A stretch of 63,950 nucleotides of DNA, counting the filler, from Reticulomyxa filosa (Eukaryota > Protista > Foraminifera), in NCBI GenBank assembly GCA_000512085.1. It is 21 parts of 21 records of this genome, joined end to end, with 100 filler letters (N's around TTAATTAATTAA, not from the genome) between each part and the next. Parts side by side here need not be neighbours in the genome. Positions count along the whole stretch, not along the records: positions 53,349 to 57,906 come from ASPP01036211.1; positions 58,007 to 59,127 come from ASPP01039260.1; positions 59,228 to 61,439 come from ASPP01043753.1; positions 61,540 to 62,668 come from ASPP01003557.1; positions 62,769 to 63,950 come from ASPP01023002.1; 16 more parts are not named here. One strand, 5' to 3'. The position numbers and the translations under genes are program-made. Below the pieces are notes generated by a model that did no database searches, had not been told where the DNA came from, and saw nothing but the letters and a program-made list of their open reading frames with translations. Below, piece after piece: positions 53,349 through 63,950 of the stretch (position 1 is its first letter; each line of letters opens with the position of its first letter).

Positions 53349-55984
53349 GAATAATTCTTTTATTGGTTTACTAAGATTGAAATGTTCACAAGATGGTTCA
53401 AATACATTCATTGCTATTTCCAATATTGTTACATTTGTTTCTAACAATTCGATATCAGATTTTGTAAGCTTGCTAACTCGAACAGAAGAAGAATTGTCAT
53501 CATTTTCTTGTTTTTTAGAATCAGATTCATCTTTCACTGCTCTTTTGGTTACAACAATCCCTTTATTCACCACACTATTTAAATGGGTCATCAACAATAT
53601 TTCCAAATGTTGTATTTCTTTTTTGACATCGAACAAGGTAGCCAAATTGGATTGAAGAGGCAATACTCTTACAACTGCCTCCAAACTTTTTCTCACTTCT
53701 TCAAACTTATTCTTTTCGATACATTCTTTTGCATTATTTACAGAATTCGTCAATAGTTTTGCCAATGTTTGACAGGCTTGTTTGTAAGCAGATGCAAAGT
53801 TGGGAAAGACGTTTTTCACTTGTGCCAATTTGTCCAAATGTACTTTTAATGCAATTTCATTTTCCATGCTCTTTTCGATTTCATTAATCAAATGGTGGGT
53901 CTGATCATTCAAGTTTTGCACCAAAGCATCGGCACTAATCGCATCTTTCAAATGACTTCTCAATGGATCAGCAGATTTGAGTTCGTCAATTGTCTTTTTA
54001 TAAGCCAAAACATCCTCTCTGCTGATTGCATGTGGAGCCACTATAGATTTATTAAACACACTTTTTGCTTGTTCAATTTTCCCATTCCATTGCTGGGTTA
54101 ATTTCTTGGCACAATCATTGTACTCGCTTTCAATTGAATCATTTTTTAAAACATTGTTCAGGGCTTGCAATTCATTCAATTTTATTTGAGCAATTTGATA
54201 ATTGTCATGTTGAAATGCAAGTATAATATCAGATTTGTGTTTTTCGACTTGCAACCGGACTGCCGCACTGGACTTTTCAGTGAGAAAAGGTTGGAATACT
54301 TCCTTTGGATTTTTAATAAAGTTTTTTGTATTAATAAAGCTTTCAAACAATTCAATGGAAGAGTCTTGCAATAAGTCAGGTGCAATTACATTTTTTCTTG
54401 TTTGTTTCGCAATATCAGTCAATATCGCTTTGTACCCTTCGTCTGCTTCATCTTTTGGAATGGAATCACAAGTATCTTTAGTGAACGCATGAATGTATTG
54501 TTTTTGGTCTTCAGGAAATTTGGTGAATACGTACGAAAATGCACAGAGATGATCTTCAATGGACGAAATTATTCCAACCAAAGTTCGAGCCAAATCTTTG
54601 ACACAACTCATTCGATTTCCCAAGGCGATGTAACTCATCAAAATCACAGGCTTTACACTTTTGCAATTTTGGAGTGCCTTAACAATTCCAACGCCATTGG
54701 CAACATCAACTTCAGGACCATTGGTATCTTCAAATCCAGGAGTATCACAGAGCACAATAGTGTCACTCCCTCCAATCACACCCCTCGCTTTCAAATCAAT
54801 TGGAACAGCAGCAATATATCTCGTCTCTGATTTAGCATATGGACTAGTCTTAACAGTGATTAGGGCATCTTTTACATTCACAGGAGCAATATGCGGTTTG
54901 CCATCTACTATTTGTTTCTCCATTGTGGAGCCAGCTAGGAAATGGATTAGCGTAGATTTACCAGTTCCAGTGCTACCAAGAAATAATATCACATTTTTGT
55001 CTTTAATTTCCATTGCTGCTTCCTCTGCTTTTTCTACTAACTCCAACATTTCTTTTATATTGAAATACCCGTTTTCTTGCACAATCATGGAATTTGCAGA
55101 TTGGGTGACTCTATGTCTTTGAGGACTTTCGTTGTATATTTTTTCGTCATCTCCTTTGTCGGTATTGTTCAATCCTTGTGTGCCTCGCATGTCCTGCACT
55201 GCCGACTGGAGTTGGTACCTAACTTCGGGGGAATCATCTCCCTCGCTCTCTGCATTTGTCGTGCTTTGTGCTGATTTGTTGCCACTGTATTCGTAATTTC
55301 TACTCATTTCTCTCTTCGGTTGATCTGTTTCATTTTCTTTACTGGTAGTTTGATTAAGCACCTTCAATTGTAACCATGGCTTGTCTTCATCATATCTTTC
55401 TATCCAAACTGCCTTTAAATCCTCACCACTCTGTATTATTCTTTTCTCACTCTCTTTCAAAGATTTAAAATTATCACCCACTCCAATTGCTTGTTTCAAG
55501 TCCTCAAAGTGTTCGTCCCAATCTTGCTTGTCCAACTCATGACGAAAATTTGGATCATTAGAGTTCTTTGGACACCATGTCAATTGTTCGTCTTCTTTAG
55601 TTATTACCAAACATCGCTTGCATTTTTTTTTTAGTGTATATTTGCACATTGTTTTTTTTTTTTTTTTTTTACTTACAGGCAAAAAAAAAACACTCTAACT
55701 ATTTTTAAAGTATAACACTCTGATTTCCTATTTCTATTGAGTTCATTCCAAACGTCCATTAGGTCACCATCGTTGTCAATTTGATCATCTGGATTGTCCT
55801 TTTTTATAAAAAGGAATGTCGATGTACTCGTCAATTTTAGCTGATCTTTTGTCATTTGCAATAATTGTTCCCAGTTCTCTTCTTTCGAGCCTTCTGACAT
55901 TCTTCCATCACTTTTCAGTTGTTCTGGCTTGAAAATTACGTTTTCAGTGCCATAAGTCTCGATCACAAAATATTTTGCCTTCAT
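53349..55984 (-). CDS. Large P-loop GTPase (AIG1/GIMAP- or septin-like) with two N-terminal PB1-like modules and a helical C-terminus; 3'-truncated
   Basis: G1 ILFLGSTGTGKST, G2 KSET, G3 CDTPGFED, G4 VFTK; long helical repeat region; upstream exon at ~55700-55984. Confidence 0.8.
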
Positions 55985-56651
55985 TGTTTGTTTAGCAAAA
56001 AGATGGCTCCATTTCTTTTCTTCGTTAAAAGATTGGATGTTTCGTTTTAACAACAAATAAGAAAAAGACTTAGCTTTATTTTCCTTGCTTTGCATCTTTG
56101 GTGCCACTCACAAGATAATCAAACAATAAAATTGGCTTGCTGTTTCTTTTTTTTAAAAAGATAAACACTTTATTTAGAGTTTTCTTTTTTTGAAGACACT
56201 ATGTTTTTAGAAACTGACTCAACTTCCTTTTTTGTTCGCTTTGTTTTTATCAAAACCAAAGTTTTTTAGGACAAAGAGAAAAAGAATTGTTAAAATAGTT
56301 ACTTACATCTCGTTAGATAAAAGGACTTGAGCAAAAGCAAAAGTGTAACACGAAGTAATTTACTCTTTGATCAAAAGGTCAACAATGAAAACAAATAAAT
56401 AATGTTCAACCACAATATTTTGCATCATTTTTTATTAAAAATGACAAGATTTTGCAATGGAAACGAAGAACAAAAATTTGTTTTTTGGTGCCGCGTTATT
56501 TTTACTGCGTGTCCTATAAAACCTATGCCAACCGTAAAGCATCAGCAAAAGTTGACAAAAAAAAAAAAAAAAGGAAGCAATTATTGACAAAAATAAGACA
56601 AAAAAAACAAAGCTTATAAAAAATTTTTAACTTATTATTAATTCGAGGTGA

Positions 56652-57270
56652 ATGTCCAGTCGTAATTGCCTTCGCATTGATATTCGAGAGCCCCACTTAG
56701 ATAAATTTCTATCTTCGTTGGTGGCTTTTGTACTGTTTGCAATCATCGCTCGCTGGTACAGGGCTGAACTAGTATCGTTGGTGACAGTTCCAGCCCACCC
56801 GGTGAAAGAACTTAACACGTTTGACAAGTTTTATGCTCACCACATGACGTTTCACACAGTGTTAGAGAACTAGCAAGCGCACATCGCCGGAATGACGCTG
56901 ATCTTTGTGTTATTTTACATTCTCCCAGAGCTTCTTTTGGTGTTTGCCATGGCCTACTTTGTGCTATTTTTTTCCCTATTTGTTCATTAATTCGCTAGAT
57001 GGCTTAGGAGAGAGCGCAATCATGTTTATAGTGATGATGTTGTGGGCACATTTCTTTGGTTACAAAAGGGTGTTGCTTCTGGTAATTGCCATCCACTATG
57101 GAACGGGATTTTTAGGTCATTATGGATACGAAAAGCATCCTCCCAATACAACCAATTATCCTGTGTTTACCATTTTTGGACACTTTAAGATGGCGTGTAC
57201 GTTTTGGTTCAAAGTGCTTGAAACTCAAAGCTTTACCCATGTTTGGAACCAATGCTTATTTATTAAATAA
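56652..57270 (+). pseudogene. DUF962/Mpo1-like membrane protein with in-frame TAG and a frameshift
   Basis: FDKFYAHHMTFHTVLEN*QAHIAG (family F..FY..Y…H….N…H..G) and GFLGHYGYEKHPPNTTNYP (family GH..FE.N.PA…YP). Confidence 0.65.
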
Positions 57271-57860
57271 AAAAACAAATTTGTTTTGATTTTAATTTTG
57301 TTCTTATTGAGTAGGTTTTTGTCCTCTTTAGTATTTGATTCTTTTCATCATCCCCTTTGTTTTATTTTATATTTTAGTTTTTTTGTTTTTTTAAGTAAAA
57401 AAAAAAAAAGTGTTCAACTGATTCAAAAAAACTCGTCAAAGGAATAGTTTTTTTTTGTTTGTTGTTTTTGGCTTAAAAAGCAAATTGATACAACAAATGC
57501 ATAAAAATTGTACGACTTTGTTCGTGTTTTAACATTCACTTTCAAAGTTGCTGGATTCCAGGCAAAGACGGTAAATGTGAGTGCAGATTTGATCTCAGTA
57601 ATACACAACTTGCCATTCTTTAAATCAATTGCTGTCATATTTTGACACAAGGCATCACATGCAATGCTTTTTTTCCTCTATGTTTCCTAAAATGAGAGGA
57701 TGCCAATAATCCCCTTTAGCGTCTATATTAACGCATAGATTTAGTAAGCTGGAAGAACCCACTTTAGTTTTTTGAAAGAAGGGGAGTTTGTGAGTTCCTT
57801 TTTTTTTTTGTTCGTTCGGTTTTTTTTAGTGTCCTTTAAATGTTTTTTCGTACAAATAAA

Positions 57861-57906
57861 ATGAGAGAAGTTCTCACAATTGAAGTCGGCCAAGCCGGTA
57901 TACAAC
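57861..57906 (+). CDS. Alpha-tubulin N-terminus (truncated at contig end)
   Basis: atgagagaagttctcacaattgaagtcggccaagccggtatacaac = MREVLTIEVGQAGIQ(L), the tubulin MRE…GQAG.Q signature. Confidence 0.8.
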
Positions 57907-58006
57907 NNNNNNNNNNNNNNNNNNNNNNNNNNNNNNNNNNNNNNNNNNNNTTAATTAATTAANNNNNNNNNNNNNNNNNNNNNNNNNNNNNNNNNNNNNN
58001 NNNNNN

Positions 58007-58144
58007 TCGATTCTTCTGTTGCAATTGTGGTGTTATGTTTTTCTTTTCGAGGATCCATTTTTTCATTAACTCTGCTTTGGAAAATCTTGACGTCAAAAAC
58101 AATTGCAAACTTTGTCGACGTTCATCAAGTTTACTTCTTTCCAT
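58007..58144 (-). CDS. RPEL-like repeat protein fragment
   Basis: RRQSLQLFLTSRFSKAELMKKWILEK fits L…L..R(P)S..EL….IL, followed by ITPQLQ as in tandem RPEL proteins. Confidence 0.45.
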
Positions 58145-59240
58145 TGTTGGAGATTCTTAGGAAAGTCCTTTTTTTTTGAATGATATCTTTTTGATAAGAG
58201 ATCAGAGCTTTAAAAAAAGATGTGTGTTTTTGACAGGTTATTATATACGTTGTTTCTTTCCTTATGACCATTTTTTCATCATCTAGGCAAATAAAATAAA
58301 ATTAATTTGTAAATTTGATCCCCACCCTGTAATGTTCAGAAATTATACTTTTGTCTAAATGTTTTTGTTGCAATGGTAATACGTCGCTTTTTTTTTTAGG
58401 TGCTGAAGATTTACATGCCAAATATCATCTGGTTGATAGTATGTACATTTACCTGTGGTTTTTCTTCTGTTTTCTCAGATATTTTTCTCATTGATGATAA
58501 TTCCAAAAAAGAGGAACTTTTCAACTTCACTCCAAATTGAATCATTGCTAACTTTTTTGTGCTTTATTTTTCAAAATCCCTTTTTATAAGATAGCGAGTG
58601 TTCTGGATAGTTAATGTATTAAAAAATTAGATTTAGAATGTTTTGAAATGAGTTTGGTCATAATAAAGTGATAAAAAAATACATAAAAACATGACCCTAC
58701 TAAACAAATTGAATGAAACAACAAAAAAATTGATGTACTCTCTTGACTGTGAAGATAGATGTACATGTCAACCTGAATGTTGCTAATGTCAGGAGAGACC
58801 ACAATAGGAAAGCGTATTTGTTTTGGCATCATCTTTTTTTCGAATAGTGTTGTTTTGGGTGTATTGGGTATACACTGATTATTTTCTTTCTTTTTCGGCA
58901 ACTGTTGCATTTTGCAGAGGAGAGCACTGGCGAAGGAACTCTCAAGAGTGAGCCCCATGTTGTAGAAGTTTGCTCTGTTAAATTATTTGAAGAGGAGAGC
59001 CAAAACCACGTTTGTAATGCCCAAGAGAATTTTTTCTAAAAAGGGAAAACTTTTTCTCTTCAACAGAAAAATTGTCACTAAAGGAAAAATAATGAAGTCC
59101 AAAAAAACAATTTTAATTTTCAATTTTNNNNNNNNNNNNNNNNNNNNNNNNNNNNNNNNNNNNNNNNNNNNTTAATTAATTAANNNNNNNNNNNNNNNNN
59201 NNNNNNNNNNNNNNNNNNNNNNNNNNNTTTTTTTTTTTTT

Positions 59241-59867
59241 TTGAAACATGTGAAAAAGGTTTCTGTCAACGAAAAAGAAACAAAGGCAATTGAAGAGATT
59301 GCGATTGGAGATGCTGTAATGTCATACAATTGCAAAACAGGCTCGTTGGACTCAACTGTGGTTCGGCGTGTCGACACGTACCAAGTTAACGAGTTTGCGG
59401 CCATTCGTTTGTCCAATGGCCAAACACTGACGACGACGGTAAATCATCCCATTTTCGTGAAAGGCTGCAACGGGTATTGCTGTGTGGAGCCAAACGGCGC
59501 GTATCCTCGGGCTTTGGCAGTTGGAGATGAAGTCGTCCTCTTTGCCAATGATTGCGATTGCCGTTCCTCAAAGAGTGTTTTCGTCTCAAGTATTAATGTG
59601 CAATTGGTACATTCGGACCAAACTTCACAGCTGCCAAAGGTATTTGCGGTGTACGTTGCATCTCCAAACAAAAACATGTTTGCAAACGGGGTGTTGGTAC
59701 ACAATGGAAGCGGCGAGGTGGACCTTGAACCTGTTATTATCAAAGTCAGGGTCAGAGAGTTCCCTTTTTGTTCCCAATGTCAATTTGATGAAGCCATGGA
59801 CTGTGCACGTGTCATGAGAGGGGATTATCAGTGCTCTCGTTGTCGTCAAAGCATATATTTTGGAAAT
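59241..59867 (+). CDS. Hint (intein-like/BIL-type) autoprocessing domain followed by a CxxC…CxxC zinc ribbon (5'-truncated)
   Basis: KAIEEIAIGDAVMSYN (block A tail), LTTTVNHPIFV (block B TxxH), LAVGDEV, VFAVYVASPNKNMFANGVLVHN (blocks F/G), then GSG…CSQC…CSRC. Confidence 0.9.
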
Positions 59868-59880
59868 GTAATATATCAAT

Positions 59881-59915
<35 letters not shown>

Positions 59916-59919
59916 TTAT

Positions 59920-59954
<35 letters not shown>

Positions 59955-60169
59955 TAACAACAAAATATCGAACAAAGACGGACCGAACATACAACAAAGT
60001 ATTCATGCATTTGTATTGTTATGATTTTCCTTGGACTTTTAGCCGTTTGGCCGAATTTGGACAAGGAGTGACAAATGGTTGGAAGCAGCCCTCTCAGATC
60101 AAAGTTATTTCTATGACTTGTCACAATCGAGCATGCACATATTACATGCAATACATATAAACATATATG

Positions 60170-60202
<33 letters not shown>

Positions 60203-60256
60203 GTAATATGTTATTAAGAATTGTGTTTTGGAATGGGAGTATACCCTACTTAGAGC

Positions 60257-61208
60257 ATGCAAGATTGGGAAAAATCAATGCGTGAGTATGTGAGACATGT
60301 TCCGCAATACTACCTGCCATCACTCCGCGAGATGTTTGAGCGCGTCAACGTTCCAGCGTCACTCGTGATGAATATGCCCACGTTGGTGTTTGAGCCATCA
60401 GTGATGAGTTATTTGCGAACGCAAGAAAACTATTGGAAGTGCAAGAGTCCATACTTGCGTCCTTCCAACTGGTCTAGCAGTAGCAATAGTAATAGCAATA
60501 GCAATAGCAGTATGTTAATGAATGACTATTACAATAATAATAGCAATGAAGAATCAAGTATACAACAAATGAACCATGCTCACAGTTATTACCTGAATCG
60601 AAAAAGCTCGTCATTTCTGCCTGCAATGAATAGCAAGTTGGAAGACATTGACAGACCGAAATCGAGAGGACGTGAAGATACCCTCGAGTTGGATGGGGAT
60701 GCGACTTTGGAGAGGAAAGAGGACGACCGAAATATGTTTGCCTTTTCCGATGCAATGCACGTCGAAGACAACGATCACGCACACGTACCTCCTTACATGA
60801 CAGAAGACGACCGACACAACTGGAATATCGGTCTCGATCTCGGCCTCGGTCTTGGTCTTGGCCTTGGTCTTGGTCTTGGTCTCGATCTTGATTTTGATAG
60901 CGATGACGATAATGAGCAAGGTGCAAGCAAGCGCAAAGGCGAGGATCTTGGCTTGGGTACGAACACAAACAACCCATTCGATGTATTCGACTCATTTGGC
61001 GGAGGGGAAGAAAAAGAAGAAAAAGAAGAAAAAGAAGAAAAAGAAGAAGAAGAGACAGACATGAAAGCGTCCGGGATTGATACATACCACCCAATGGCCA
61101 CAGATGAAGACCTGTTTCTACGCGTTCCCATCGCACGTCGAACAAGAGTGCTACGTACACATATGCAAATCCAAATGGAGGATAAGCGATTGAATCATCA
61201 CAACAACA

Positions 61209-61240
<32 letters not shown>

Positions 61241-61439
61241 GATGATGATAATAATGGTGACAAGAATGATACTGATGCCATTGATGCTGATGATGATGAT
61301 GATGACAATGATGAGATGCAACTGGTACATTGTCTGCAAAATGCGTTATTAACCAGTGTGCAATCAGACAAGGTGATGTCGACCTTAACAGCGACAACAA
61401 CAACAACAACAACAACAGCAACAACAGCAGCAGCAGCAG
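60257..61439 (+). CDS. Low-complexity acidic/Asn-rich exon, probably the 3' continuation of the Hint gene
   Basis: Open frame with GL-repeat, EEK, poly-D and poly-T/A tracts; can be joined to the Hint exon through short GT-AG exons (see findings). Confidence 0.6.
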
Positions 61440-61539
61440 NNNNNNNNNNNNNNNNNNNNNNNNNNNNNNNNNNNNNNNNNNNNTTAATTAATTAANNNNN
61501 NNNNNNNNNNNNNNNNNNNNNNNNNNNNNNNNNNNNNNN

Positions 61540-62109
61540 CAATCACAATCGCAATTGCAGATGATTGTGCATGTGCATTCGAATGCGACGTATACAGAGG
61601 AGAATGAATGTCATCAGCAAAAGCAAGACGAAGAACAGAGCCAGTGTGACAGTCCCAACTCAACGAACCCACCAGTGGTAGTAGTAGTCTCGGAGGACTT
61701 CTCTTGTTTCGATCTTTGTTGTCGATGTCGATGGAACGAGCAAACGTGCACGCATGCCGTACATGAACATAATCACACTGCCGCTGCTGCTAAGAAAATG
61801 ACGATGATCACTGATGATCCTTCTTCTTTTTTGATAAAACCTTTATCCTCACGCTTTTGTGGGAAATGGAATGAGCAACATTTGCAATCCATGAAGCGCA
61901 TGTGCGTGTTGGGGTTGACCATTTTGATTCTGTTTGTTGCCAGGGCCTTGGTGCTCTTGTTTATTGCACTTAATTATAATACGTATACTGCGTATGTAAG
62001 TACGTATGTGGTTTATCATTTGATCTTTGAGTACTTCCCTTTAATTGTCATGATGATCATGTATCGTCGTGGTGTGGTCCACTTGCTCAAAAAGTGGCAA
62101 AGCAATTAA
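61540..62109 (+). CDS. C-terminal TMs of a THH1/TOM1/GPR137-like membrane protein
   Basis: MKRMCVLGLTILILFVARAL and YVVYHLIFEYFPLIVMMIMYR match the last two helices (F+.R; Y..+.E.+P) of this family. Confidence 0.55.
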   Translation, partial: QSQSQLQMIVHVHSNATYTEENECHQQKQDEEQSQCDSPNSTNPPVVVVVSEDFSCFDLCCRCRWNEQTCTHAVHEHNHTAAAAKKMTMITDDPSSFLIKPLSSRFCGKWNEQHLQSMKRMCVLGLTILILFVARALVLLFIALNYNTYTAYVSTYVVYHLIFEYFPLIVMMIMYRRGVVHLLKKWQSN

Positions 62110-62768
62110 ATACTCTTCATCTTCCCCTTTCTTCCGACACTTTTCATTTTCAAACTTGGGAGAGAAGAAGTGGAGGGGAGTGTCTCTTATTTTATTTTAT
62201 TGTATTTTGTATTTTCATTGGTTTTGCGGCGATGTGCTCCCTTTCCGCTTTTTTTTATTTTTTCGTCCTATTTGAAGCAAATCAGCGTACTTTTTACGGT
62301 TGTGATACAAAATGTAATTCGCGTATGTATTGTTTCTGTTGTTGAGTCAATGTCTTTTCATACATTTTATCTACGTTTTAAAGTGGACATAAAACTAAGC
62401 AACGATACTTTTATTTTCATTACATAGATAACATAATTTAAAAATATATAAACAAAATCAAACAAGTCAACATTCAAATGAAAATTGAAATTTTCGAAAT
62501 TGATAAAGTTTAGATAAAATGTAGGAAATACTTTTTACACGTGTACACATGTGATGTCCTTTTGATTGCAATTATATAAATGAAATAAGTTTATGAATAT
62601 GCGATTGATAACAAAACTTGTTGTAAAGTATTATGCCATTTTCCAGTTGAAACAGTATTACACGTAAANNNNNNNNNNNNNNNNNNNNNNNNNNNNNNNN
62701 NNNNNNNNNNNNTTAATTAATTAANNNNNNNNNNNNNNNNNNNNNNNNNNNNNNNNNNNNNNNNNNNN

Positions 62769-63440
62769 CAAGACTATCATTCGTCCAAGTCTTGAGTATG
62801 CATCAGCATTTTTGAATGGTGCAGCAGACGCATATAAGAAACGATTGGAACGTATACAAAGGATTGCAATGTGTCGAATTCTTGGTGTTATGAACCAGAC
62901 TGCTTATGACACAGTCATTGGAATACGTTGGTAATCATTACAGATCCCATTGTGGAAGAGTGATTATCCTGGCTGATTGCAAGTTCGTTATCAATGCAAC
63001 ATTCAATAAATGGGATTTAGACATCTATAAAGTACCAATTATGGATTGTCAAAAGATCCTAAGATCATTTAATGGATAATGTCCCAGAGATCTACTGGAT
63101 TAAAGGTCATTCTGGAATTCCTGGATCATGTTGCAAATAATGCTCGCAGGAAAGCGTTGCAATTGCAACCAGCTGTATTTCTGAATAATCATGGATTGAA
63201 TCCATATTTCACATATGGATAATCCAAGACATATTATGTCATGATATTTCCTATCTAACCTGATGGAAGCACAATCATTTGAAAAGATTGTCGAGCATTT
63301 CCTGATGGAATGTTTACGACACAGTGAATTACGTCGCAATTCATTATTGGTGATCGGTCGTGGAAACCAGATGTCAGGACCAAAGTTGTAAAAGCAGCAG
63401 CCAAGTCCGTAGTCGATACCAAGAGAAGGATTTGAATAAA
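62769..63440 (+). mobile_element. Degenerate 3' part of an RNase H-containing non-LTR retrotransposon (LINE)
   Basis: KTIIRPSLEYASAF…LERIQRIAMCRILG (post-RT), IYWIKGHSGIPG at ~63090-63125 (RNase H), IVEHFLMECLRHSELRR (C-terminal CCHC remnant); frameshifts and deletions throughout. Confidence 0.85.
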
Positions 63441-63775
63441 ATTTAAATTGAAATAACTTTATTGTTTTTCTTTTGATTATTTTTTGCATTGACCTTTTTG
63501 GTCGTCAAAATACAACTTTTTTTTTCAAAAGTTTATCTTGATGATGGGATTATTTTTAAAAAAAAATCGATATCAATTCTGTGCAATGCGAAATGATTAG
63601 AAAAACAAGAGAAAAACTTGGAATCAAGTTAACTAGAATGTATTCCTGCAAAATCTCCTTTTCAAATTAAGAAACCCGACAATAAAGCAAATCAGTTTTC
63701 ATACACTGAAGCGGTCACCCCAACAATCAAGGAAGAAAAAAAAAACATAACAAAGTGGCAGAACATAGACAGTAA

Positions 63776-63950
63776 TATGTTGAACAACATAATAATGTTC
63801 TGCAGTTTTTACAGAAATATTCAAAAAACGGCAACAAGATACAACCAATGCGAAGATGATCAACGAATGCCAGCAATAATTTGTTTTGATTTGGATGAAT
63901 TTGAAAAAGAAGTCAAAGAAGCAAGAAAGATCACTTAATTTGTAGTAATT
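63776..63950 (+). mobile_element. Possible AP-endonuclease fragment of a LINE
   Basis: IIMFCSFYRN…FDLDEFEKEVKEARKIT*FVVI resembles the APE segment preceding GDFN. Confidence 0.35.

Noticed and set aside
59241-59705. Mobile intein with homing endonuclease, or Hedgehog protein
   Set aside because: No endonuclease insert, no nucleophile at +1, no conserved host gene around it, and no Hedge or sterol-recognition region.
60474-61424. 316-aa antisense ORF with poly-L/R/H tracts
   Set aside because: Shadow of trinucleotide repeats in the plus-strand exon.
2913-62768. Regularly recurring TTAATTAATTAA flanked by Ns, resembling a repeat array or CRISPR
   Set aside because: Artificial six-frame-stop linker between contigs; the 'LIN' ORF ends are artefacts.
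1-63950. rRNA, tRNA or CRISPR arrays
   Set aside because: None recognisable by eye; a covariance-model scan would be needed to exclude small RNAs.

Overview
This is AT-rich, intron-containing eukaryotic DNA, not a contiguous locus. It consists of 21 short contigs joined by 20 artificial 100-bp spacers (N44-TTAATTAATTAA-N44), so adjacency across spacers means nothing. The gene families (expanded WD40, kelch, caspase-like and NACHT-associated families, a divergent alpha-tubulin start, short poly-A/T introns, homopolymer frameshifts) point to a foraminiferan such as Reticulomyxa filosa; this is an inference. Recognisable genes: VPS13, CCDC130/YJU2B, an AAAP amino-acid transporter, stand-alone dihydroorotase, a USP deubiquitinase, a Dicer/RIG-I-type DECH helicase fragment, a 7TM-RGS protein, a secreted beta-helix (pectate_lyase_3-like) protein, a large P-loop GTPase, several WD40 proteins, two caspase-like domains, a DUF962/Mpo1-like gene and LINE remnants. 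The most notable item is a Hint (intein-like) domain ending VHN|G, followed by a CxxC..CxxC zinc ribbon and probably spliced to a longer C-terminal region. It is a candidate self-cleaving precursor. Also notable are PB1-like modules in front of both the GTPase and the pseudo-caspase, and several genes missed or broken by the ORF track. All domain calls come from reading motifs by eye; no searches were run.
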